Virus record (IMG/VR): IMGVR_UViG_3300033121_001287
Span: 1 to 64,000 of that record
Origin: a virus
Lineage: Duplodnaviria; Caudoviricetes
Reading direction: 5' to 3' (one strand)
Length of the DNA stretch: 64,000 nucleotides
Both the position numbers and the translations under genes were made by a program. Shown one piece after another: positions 17,999-25,639 of this stretch. The notes below the pieces were generated by a model, which was given only the letters and a program-made list of their open reading frames with translations, was not told the origin of the DNA and did not search any database. Every line of letters begins with the position of its first letter. The stretch's first letter is position 1.

Positions 17999-20900
17999 TG
18001 AATCCTCAACGCTTGACTTGGACGGGGAGCGAGCTTGCCGCGATTATGCTCGATAGCGATCTGCGGCTCGCTGGTGGTCCCGGTTCCGGCAACTTCGGAC
18101 ACGCCGGAAGGCCCGGTGAAGTCGGTGGATCCGCATCCGGTGGATCTACGACATTTCACGGCACATCGCAGAAGAAGCTTGACTCCATTCTGAAGGAAGG
18201 ACTGCGCGCGTCCTATAGTGGAGTGATTTGGCCGAATCAAAGCAAGCCCGGTCATGTCTACATGTCCACGAACATGGAAGAGGCGCAAGCATGGGCAATT
18301 CAGACCGTTGATCGTGAGTTCATGTTTCGGAAGCGCGGCCCCGATGGCACTTACTCATTTGACAAGGGGCAGCCGGTTGTTCTCGAAGTGACAATCCCTG
18401 AAGACGTGCAGGACCGCGTCACGAACGATGAGCACTTCCCCACCGAAGGTGAGTACGCGGTGCGGGAGTCGAACAATCGGCAGTTTCAGGGCGATATCAA
18501 GCCTGAATGGATCACCGGCATTTGGAAGGGTGAAGTGAAAGGCGACGACGCGAAGTGGATTCGTACGCTTTCCGCTCGCACCTTCTACATTCCGTTTGTC
18601 ATCCCCGTCGATGAGCCGGTCACGCTCGGCGGCAAGGGCAGCGGGAACTTCGGTCACAAGGGTCGGCCCGGTGAGGTAGGTGGCTCGTCGTCCGACGGTG
18701 CTACCGGTTCCTTCAAGCGTAGCACAGTACCCGTCGATATGATGGCTCCCATCGGTGACATCAAGGCTGATAGTTACGCTTCAGGCTTCGTTCAACTTTA
18801 CCATGTAACTGATATCGATGCGGCTCAAAGCATCAGTAAGAACGGTTTTGATCGTCACGCGAAGAATCAGTTTCAGGGATTTGAGAGCGCACGAAAAGCT
18901 GTGTATGGATGGTCAAGTCGTGATCGCGCTCGGCTAGAGGTTCAACGCGCCGAAGAAATGAGTCCGGGTTCCGCGAAGGACTTTGCCATTGTGCAATTTC
19001 AGGTACCGAAGGCAGAGTGGAATAAACTTCATGCGGACGAGGACGCTGGCCCGGTGGATTGGAAGCAATCCTACGAAGAGATGAGCGCAGCCTTTGAAGG
19101 CGACGTCCCTCCGCGATGGATCAACGCTGTGTTCGTCGATCACGAGGCGTTCAAAGCACTCGGTGGTAAGGGCAGCGGCAACTTCGGTCACAAGGGTCGT
19201 CCCGGTGAAGTTGGTGGATCAGCCGATGATGGCGTTTCCGAACCGAAGCTATCGCCGAAAGCTCAGCGCGAACAGGAAAAGCTGAAGCAGCAGGAGCTTG
19301 CTGACAAGCAGACGAATCCACTCGCGCATCCACCGGTGATTCTTGGCCGTCCACCGCTGTTCGGCATCGAGGACTACGTTGCTGCCTACGGCGAGGAATT
19401 CACTCCCGCGCCGCTGCCTGAAGACGTTGAACGCGGCCCGATGGGTCAGTGCTATCGCAATGCTACGCTTCTCGTACTGAGTCGCCCTGATCTCGATCTG
19501 GACTTTGCGGAGGGCTTCGCGCAGAGCGCTGGTACGGGTGATTTGTCATTTATGCACGCGTGGGCGGTCACGAAGGATGGCAAGGTACTGGATCCCACTT
19601 GGGACAAACCCGAAGGTGGTAAGTACTTCGGAGTGAGATACGACCGACGCGCTTACTTGAAGGGCATCGAGAAACGGAAATACTACGGAGTGATCGGTGC
19701 TTCGGACAAGAACGCGCAAAAGGTGATTGACACTGGCGGGGCAAAGATGCGAAGTAAGGCTCGCGACCTTGGCGGCCCCGGCTCGGGGAATTTCGGGCAC
19801 GCCGGTCGACCGGGCCAAGTAGGTGGATCATCTTCGGACGGTGACTTTGCGCGATTCGAATCGCAGGTGCTCGGAGTGCTGCAAACGCAGTCACGCACCG
19901 TCGGTCAGTTTAAGGATTCAGGACCAGTCACTGAGAAGCCAGCGCTTGCCGTCGAAGGAAAGGCCGTTGGAGATCTTGCGGATCGGAACGCGCGCAAAGC
20001 GTTGCGAATGGTGTTTGACAAGAAGTCACTCGCAAGCCCCACGGACGCCGAAGACTTTATCACTCAAGTCAATAAGCAACTGACTGAGGGGATGCTGCAA
20101 CCGGGTCAAAGTCAACTCCGCACGTGGGAGACTCCGCACAAGCAAACGCCGCCCGATCAGATCGAGCAAGGCCTGAAGGATTTCGGCGAGGAATTCTACA
20201 ACCGCATGCAGCAAAACGATCCAGTAGCCACGGCTGCTTGGGTCGAGCACCAATTGGATTCACGCCTGCATCCGTTCGCAGACGCGGTGGGGCGTACGAC
20301 GAAGATCATCAGCAACTGGGTCTTGGACCGGGCCGGTCTCCCGTCGCCGACGTACCCATCCAGAGGCGAGTACTACTCGCAGATTGAGAAACCGCTCGCG
20401 TCGTGGACGGACTACTACCGTTCGATGCTTGCACCGAAGACCGCAGAGGATGCAGACATGGCCGAACTGACAGTGCTTGGGCGTACGGGCGACGTCACCT
20501 ACCTCGATGCTGATCTGAATGTCACCACGCTCGAAGACGCCGTGTGGGCTCGCGTCGAGTATCCCGATGGTGAGATTCTCACTCTGCGGTCCTTGGGCGG
20601 TCCCGGCAGCGGAAACTTCGGGCACAAGGGACGTCCCGGTGAGGTTGGTGGATCCGCATCGTCCGACGAGATCAACACAAAGCCCGCAAGCACGCCGGGA
20701 GATCTCACCAAGGGAAAGAACGAAACCCCTGAAATCGCGGCGATTCTCGCCAGACCGTCTTCGGCGTACCCCAAGGCTCGCAGCGGCCCGACGATGATGG
20801 CTGTGGATCACAGCAACGATCCTGATGCAGCGCATGATAGGCCGCGTGGGCTCGATACGCTGCAGGAACACACGCTGCCTGACGGATCAATCACTCCCGA

Positions 20901-21630
20901 ACGCCGTGAACTGCACGAAGCCATCGTCGAGAAGATGCTCTACGGTCACAAACCCCCGTCGGATGCCCCGGTCGCGCATCTGATGGGCGGCGGCGGCGCG
21001 AGTGGTAAAAGCGTTATGCAGTCGCAGTTGAGCTTGCCGGAAGATCAGGTTCACATCGACGTCGACATCATTCGTACTCATCTTCCGGAGTGGGACGAAG
21101 AACTCGCTCGCGCGAAGGCTGAAAATCGGAAGGCTGACAACTATCTCGGCAACTACACTCACGAAGAAGCGAGCGTGATTTCCAAGATGGTGATCGACCG
21201 GGCCTCGCGCGAGGGCATGAACCTGATGGTGGATGGCGCGGGTGACACCAGCGTTGACAAGGTCGCGCAGAACGTTGCTCGTTACAAGGTGGGCGGCCAG
21301 AAGGTGATCGCCGACTACGTCACCGTTGACTACGACCTCGCGTATCAGCGCATGCGTGACCGTGGTGACCGCACCGGACGTTACATTCCGGCTGCTCACC
21401 TACGCGCAGTGCATGCAGAGGTCGCACGCGTCTTCCCGGCGGCCGTATCGCGCGGATTGTTCGACGAATTCACGCTGTGGGACACTTCCGCCTCGACGCC
21501 GGGCGTGAACGCGAAGCCCGCGAAGATTGCTTCTGGTCGTGGATCCGACATCACGATTCACGATCAGGAAGCATGGAAGAAGTTCCTCGAACGAGGCAAG
21601 GGCATCGCACCGCGTGCGGGCGAAATCTAA
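17998..21630 (+). CDS. Tagged effector polyprotein 3: two Tpt1-like ART domains, papain-like, Fic, zeta-toxin-like kinase
   Basis: FHGT..ILKEGL..VYMST..IKPEWI; LYHVT..VYGWS..VPPRWI; GQCYRNA..HAW..DPTW; HPFADAVGRTTK; GGGASGKS..THEEAS..RTGRYIP. Confidence 0.8.
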   Translation: MNPQRLTWTGSELAAIMLDSDLRLAGGPGSGNFGHAGRPGEVGGSASGGSTTFHGTSQKKLDSILKEGLRASYSGVIWPNQSKPGHVYMSTNMEEAQAWAIQTVDREFMFRKRGPDGTYSFDKGQPVVLEVTIPEDVQDRVTNDEHFPTEGEYAVRESNNRQFQGDIKPEWITGIWKGEVKGDDAKWIRTLSARTFYIPFVIPVDEPVTLGGKGSGNFGHKGRPGEVGGSSSDGATGSFKRSTVPVDMMAPIGDIKADSYASGFVQLYHVTDIDAAQSISKNGFDRHAKNQFQGFESARKAVYGWSSRDRARLEVQRAEEMSPGSAKDFAIVQFQVPKAEWNKLHADEDAGPVDWKQSYEEMSAAFEGDVPPRWINAVFVDHEAFKALGGKGSGNFGHKGRPGEVGGSADDGVSEPKLSPKAQREQEKLKQQELADKQTNPLAHPPVILGRPPLFGIEDYVAAYGEEFTPAPLPEDVERGPMGQCYRNATLLVLSRPDLDLDFAEGFAQSAGTGDLSFMHAWAVTKDGKVLDPTWDKPEGGKYFGVRYDRRAYLKGIEKRKYYGVIGASDKNAQKVIDTGGAKMRSKARDLGGPGSGNFGHAGRPGQVGGSSSDGDFARFESQVLGVLQTQSRTVGQFKDSGPVTEKPALAVEGKAVGDLADRNARKALRMVFDKKSLASPTDAEDFITQVNKQLTEGMLQPGQSQLRTWETPHKQTPPDQIEQGLKDFGEEFYNRMQQNDPVATAAWVEHQLDSRLHPFADAVGRTTKIISNWVLDRAGLPSPTYPSRGEYYSQIEKPLASWTDYYRSMLAPKTAEDADMAELTVLGRTGDVTYLDADLNVTTLEDAVWARVEYPDGEILTLRSLGGPGSGNFGHKGRPGEVGGSASSDEINTKPASTPGDLTKGKNETPEIAAILARPSSAYPKARSGPTMMAVDHSNDPDAAHDRPRGLDTLQEHTLPDGSITPERRELHEAIVEKMLYGHKPPSDAPVAHLMGGGGASGKSVMQSQLSLPEDQVHIDVDIIRTHLPEWDEELARAKAENRKADNYLGNYTHEEASVISKMVIDRASREGMNLMVDGAGDTSVDKVAQNVARYKVGGQKVIADYVTVDYDLAYQRMRDRGDRTGRYIPAAHLRAVHAEVARVFPAAVSRGLFDEFTLWDTSASTPGVNAKPAKIASGRGSDITIHDQEAWKKFLERGKGIAPRAGEI

Positions 21631-21641
21631 CCGAGAGGTGA

Positions 21642-21818
21642 ATGACAATGGTGAGTGGTGAAGCAGCATCGCGGATTCTCCTTGAGGTGATGTCCGGAGT
21701 TCTCGTGTCCACAAAGGACTCGCCGGAGGAAGCTGAGTACCGCAAGCAAGTCAAGGTCGAGGTTGATGAGATTCACGCCAAAGGCGGCACCGTGCAGTTG
21801 CCGAGGGAATGGCTGTGA
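21642..21818 (+). CDS. 58-aa protein not in the ORF track (candidate antitoxin)
   Basis: GAGGTG RBS; MTMVSGEAASR...LPREWL; stop overlaps the GTG at 21815 of the next ORF. Confidence 0.6.
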   Translation: MTMVSGEAASRILLEVMSGVLVSTKDSPEEAEYRKQVKVEVDEIHAKGGTVQLPREWL

Positions 21819-22399
21819 CACCGGAAGAACTTGTATCTGCTCCGGGTGATCCTATCGACGATGCTACCCGCGCGTTGATCGCGCAGATGCTCGACGAAGA
21901 CGAGCAGCTACGAGCAGCCTACAGCCCTGATCAGGCTCGCGGAAGCGATGGTAAGTGGACGAAGGGCGGCGGCAGCGCCCCGTCGTCTGACTCCCACAAG
22001 TCGGCCCGCATCGCACGCGCGAAATCCACGCATATTCCTTCGACGCGATCCTCGCAGAAGGCCGCTGCACGAAGTGAGAAGGTCGTCGCAAACGCTTTGC
22101 AAGGGAAGAGCACTGACGATCATGAGCCAATGGACGTCGTGGTTAACGAGAACGGTCGCGTTATCGGCGTGGAAGTGAAATCAATTCTCGCCGGGAAGAA
22201 CGACAAGATTACCATGCACCCCGATTCACTCGCGCGTAAGGTGGAGTGGGTTAAGGCGCACAAGGCTACCGGGCATACCATCGCGATTGATCTGCGCGGT
22301 GGGCAGCGCACGTTCTACTATCGAAAGGGCTTCGGCTCGTTTCGATTGTCATCCATGCAACGCGTCTCCGTCAAAGAGCTTCGCGAGTTGGTGCGATGA
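21809..22399 (+). CDS. PD-(D/E)XK-like nuclease with YSPDQARGSDGKW leader
   Basis: E...PMD-x9-EVK restriction-fold signature; LRAA precedes YSPDQ. Confidence 0.65.
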   Translation: MAVTPEELVSAPGDPIDDATRALIAQMLDEDEQLRAAYSPDQARGSDGKWTKGGGSAPSSDSHKSARIARAKSTHIPSTRSSQKAAARSEKVVANALQGKSTDDHEPMDVVVNENGRVIGVEVKSILAGKNDKITMHPDSLARKVEWVKAHKATGHTIAIDLRGGQRTFYYRKGFGSFRLSSMQRVSVKELRELVR

Positions 22400-24423
22400 G
22401 CTATTACCTGTTCGACTCACGGGGTTATGTCAGCGACGGCCCGTCGATTCAGGGATGGGAAGACTTCGTTGACTGGATCGCGTCCGAAACTGACATGGAT
22501 GCGGTGGATCAGTTCATCAAAGATGGCTCCGTTGAGGCGCTCGATGAGTTCATCGGTGAACTGGGCACCGTTAACGCACCGGGATCAGTTGAACGCACGC
22601 GCAGAATAGTGTTGGCCGCTGCGCGCAGGGCTCAGGACATCCTGATCCTGTCAAACGGTTTCGAGCACGGCGACCTGCGGGCGGCCGGAGGGGCTGGCAG
22701 CGGGAACTTCGGGCATGCGGGCAGGCCCGGTCAGGTGGGAGGATCGGCACCGGACGTCGCAGCTGAATCGTTCAACGCGGACTTGAGTCAGTTCGGCTTT
22801 GTCAATCCGATGAACGAGCGTGAGTTCGTGATCAACAACGAGGCCGCCGTCGAATTGAGCCGCACGTCGAACGGTATTCGTCTGCACGCGATTCGGTCAT
22901 TTGCTCCGAAGAGTGGTGCCGGTACTCGTGCGATGCAAGTGGTGATGAACGTCGCAGACAAGCACGGGTTTACCATTACTGGAACCGCGAAGCCTTTTGA
23001 CACCGGTCAGAAGGGAACGCTCAAGTCTGCACCGCTCAAGCAGTGGTACAAGAAGCTCGGATTTGAAGTGGATAGCCGTGGTGACATGGTTCGGCGGCCA
23101 CTTCGTACAGCCGGTGGTGCAGGGAGCGGGAACTTCGGGCATGCGGGAAGGCCGGGTCAGGTAGGTGGATCCTCGCCGGATGGCCGTGAAGCCATGACTC
23201 CGAAGGAATTACGACAGCAAGCTATTGTGGCGCTCGTTTACAACGAGCTTGCTGCACCGGCGTACCATTCGAAGCAAGACTTCAGTAGAATGAGTCCGGA
23301 AGATCGCGTGAAGCTTCTGGATGTTTCTGGAAAGTTGATTGACAAAGAGCACATGCCTGTTCAGATCCGAACGGATCGGAACAACTACGATAAGAACGGC
23401 GTCGGCGCTTACGCTTATTCCGCGTTCAAGCGTGAATCTGAAGAGAAGAATTGGACTCCGCAGCAAGCCTTTGATGAGGGATTGAAGAGAGGATTGTTCG
23501 TCGTTGCGGAAGGTTCGATTAATGGATACGAACCGATGTCGTCTATCGGTGCTTCCGTATCCCGATTCAATATTCTCGAAGGCATGAACGCTGACGAACG
23601 GGACAGATTCGAAGAAGCTTACATTCGCACGTTTGCCGATGGAAAGAACCGCAAGGAGCCTATCGACTCTCTTGAGTACCTTATCAAAGGCGGCTGGACT
23701 ACAAATGAACTAGAGCGCTTTGCGGATCGCGTGCAGATGGCAGGTGGTAGTAGTTCAAAGCCATACGATGAACGCTCGAACATCGATTCCTTTGCTCGAA
23801 CATTGGCGTTTTACTCAAAGGATTACGATGAGTTTCGTGCGCAGATGTTCAGTGGTTGGGCCTCTGCGAGTAACACGGCCGTCGCGCTCACCACGCGTGG
23901 TGTTGCTGCAGAAGCATTTCCATTGAAGGCTGGTAAATTCTACGAGGCGCATCTTGAAGATTCGTCTTACGGATGGACCTTCAATGGTTACGATCCGCGT
24001 GTATCTTTTTCGCCGCGCGCCGTCGAGAACATGCGCCGTTTGAAGTCTGAAACGGAAGCCTTCTACAAAAAGCAATTGAAGACGGACGATCTGACTACGA
24101 AGCCCCTTGTAGCCATGAGGGCCATTGGTGGTAAGATCGAAGCTTACACGCCCGCGTCTGTTGAATCGTGGACGACGGATGCTCGCACGGTGGATCGATT
24201 CGGGAAGATGATGGGAAAGAACATTAAGCGTGATGGTTGGGGAAGCGATACGATTTACACCAGCCTTCAGACTGAAGTAACTTTTGACGATGTACTCTGG
24301 AGTTATAAGAGCGCCAAGGGTCAGCGCGGTTGGCCTGAGGAGAAGCAGCTCAAAGGGAAGAAGGAATTCGTATTGCTCGGTTCACGAGTGAAAAAGGTCG
24401 AGGCCAAGCATGTCTACCTTTGA
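22396..24423 (+). CDS. Tagged effector polyprotein 4: acidic N-domain, GNAT, large domain ending in an ART-like fold
   Basis: KSGAGTRAMQ..WYKKLGF; AMRAIG..VESWTTD..KEFVLLG. Confidence 0.75.
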   Translation: MSYYLFDSRGYVSDGPSIQGWEDFVDWIASETDMDAVDQFIKDGSVEALDEFIGELGTVNAPGSVERTRRIVLAAARRAQDILILSNGFEHGDLRAAGGAGSGNFGHAGRPGQVGGSAPDVAAESFNADLSQFGFVNPMNEREFVINNEAAVELSRTSNGIRLHAIRSFAPKSGAGTRAMQVVMNVADKHGFTITGTAKPFDTGQKGTLKSAPLKQWYKKLGFEVDSRGDMVRRPLRTAGGAGSGNFGHAGRPGQVGGSSPDGREAMTPKELRQQAIVALVYNELAAPAYHSKQDFSRMSPEDRVKLLDVSGKLIDKEHMPVQIRTDRNNYDKNGVGAYAYSAFKRESEEKNWTPQQAFDEGLKRGLFVVAEGSINGYEPMSSIGASVSRFNILEGMNADERDRFEEAYIRTFADGKNRKEPIDSLEYLIKGGWTTNELERFADRVQMAGGSSSKPYDERSNIDSFARTLAFYSKDYDEFRAQMFSGWASASNTAVALTTRGVAAEAFPLKAGKFYEAHLEDSSYGWTFNGYDPRVSFSPRAVENMRRLKSETEAFYKKQLKTDDLTTKPLVAMRAIGGKIEAYTPASVESWTTDARTVDRFGKMMGKNIKRDGWGSDTIYTSLQTEVTFDDVLWSYKSAKGQRGWPEEKQLKGKKEFVLLGSRVKKVEAKHVYL

Positions 24424-25348
24424 GTTGCCCATCATCGTTGACGATCAGGAAGCACTTGACAAGCTACGCGCGGAAGGCAAGCTCGCGTGGGCTGGAGATG
24501 ACGATGCGACCGTCATGCGCTCACTCGGCCGCCGACTCCCTCCGAACGAAGTGCATGCTGCGGCCGACGCGCACGAGGCCAAGATGGTGGTGGCCCTGAA
24601 CTACGCCTTCGCTGCTGCCCGCAAATCGATTGACAAAGTTGCTCTCTTGAGCGCCTTGAAACTTGACTCTCGCCCGGCCAAGCGGCGGGCCTTGATCGCG
24701 GCCCTTCGGCCGGTCCCGGCCGCCTTAGAGGCGGCATTGGGCCGCACCGTGCCGCCCGTGTTGGAGCGTTGTTACGGGGCGGGCGGGGCGGCGGGGGTCA
24801 CGAGGCTCGGGGCACAGGCGCGAACGTTGGCGGCTATAGATGACGACGCGCTGCGTACCCTCCGTCGCGAATCGGCACCGGTGTTCGAGATGCAATTCGA
24901 CGCCAAAAGCGCAGCAGCGATCAAGTGGGCGCGCAAGCATAGTGGCGAACTCGTACGGCAGATTACCAAGACGACTCGCAAGCGCATTGCGCAGGCCGTC
25001 GTACGCGCGTTGGATGGCGGAAGCCCGCGTGAACTCTACAAGGACATCTTGCAAGTGATCGGCGATAAGGAGCGAGCCGATCTCATTGCAAGGACCGAAC
25101 TGATGGACGCAGCGAATTCCGGTCAGCGTGAGGCGTGGGCTCAGGCTGTCGAGGAAGGCTTGCTCACTGGATTGGAAATGCGAGAGTGGATCGCAACGGA
25201 TGATCCTTCATTGTGCGATCACTGTGATCGTCTCGATGGGAAGCTCGCAGAGCTTGACGGTGATTACCCCGACGGCGGCGGCATCGGCCCACCACTGCAT
25301 CCGCGTTGCCGATGCAGTGAAGGCATCTCAGCGCGGAGGCGCTCATGA
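24410..25348 (+). CDS. MuF/SPP1 gp7-family minor head protein
   Basis: RADLIARTE..EWIAT..CDHCDRLDG..PPLHPRCRC. Confidence 0.9.
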   Translation: MSTFELPIIVDDQEALDKLRAEGKLAWAGDDDATVMRSLGRRLPPNEVHAAADAHEAKMVVALNYAFAAARKSIDKVALLSALKLDSRPAKRRALIAALRPVPAALEAALGRTVPPVLERCYGAGGAAGVTRLGAQARTLAAIDDDALRTLRRESAPVFEMQFDAKSAAAIKWARKHSGELVRQITKTTRKRIAQAVVRALDGGSPRELYKDILQVIGDKERADLIARTELMDAANSGQREAWAQAVEEGLLTGLEMREWIATDDPSLCDHCDRLDGKLAELDGDYPDGGGIGPPLHPRCRCSEGISARRRS

Positions 25349-25530
25349 GTGAATCGACCCCCCGGAAGCCAGCAACGGCGGTAATCTCTGCCCGTATGCC
25401 TGCGGAGTTAGTGGATCGGGTCTACCAGACCGCGCGAAGTAAGAAGCAGACCGCATCCGAGTTCGTGCATGAAGCAGTCATGCGGGCGATGTCTAGCAAA
25501 GATGTCAAGGACGGCGGAAACCGGGTGTAA
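25345..25530 (+). CDS. Ribbon-helix-helix (CopG/Arc-like) DNA-binding protein
   Basis: VISARMPAELVDRV..SEFVHEAV beta-alpha-alpha pattern. Confidence 0.7.
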   Translation: MSESTPRKPATAVISARMPAELVDRVYQTARSKKQTASEFVHEAVMRAMSSKDVKDGGNRV

Positions 25531-25549
25531 ACAGCCCGGCCTGTTTACA
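25526..25549. promoter_or_regulatory. Inverted repeat, putative operator
   Basis: TGTAAACAG-cccggc-CTGTTTACA; 25526-25540 is the exact reverse complement of 2841-2855. Confidence 0.55.
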
Positions 25550-25639
25550 GCCGAGATTTCCGCTTGATTCCGGTGCATGCTAAGAGCGTCGAGGAGGTCC
25601 GCCCGGCCAGACCGGGCGGCTTTCCGTTGCTCAAGGCAC

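Larger units (their letters stand above)
14022..23172 (+). repeat. Dispersed coding repeat GG[PKA]GSGNF[GN]H[AK]GRPG[EQ][VI]GGS, 14 copies
   Basis: Starts at 14022, 14580, 15207, 16043, 16841 (truncated after RPG), 16919, 17465, 18073, 18628, 19162, 19771, 20596, 22687, 23113; all in frame; a degenerate copy lies in the portal at 6345. Confidence 0.95.

Noticed and set aside
14022-23172. Tag repeats as a CRISPR array or DGR template/variable repeats
   Set aside because: Spacing is mostly hundreds to thousands of nt, all copies are in frame with synonymous variation, there is no adenine-specific pattern, and no cas or reverse transcriptase gene is in the window.
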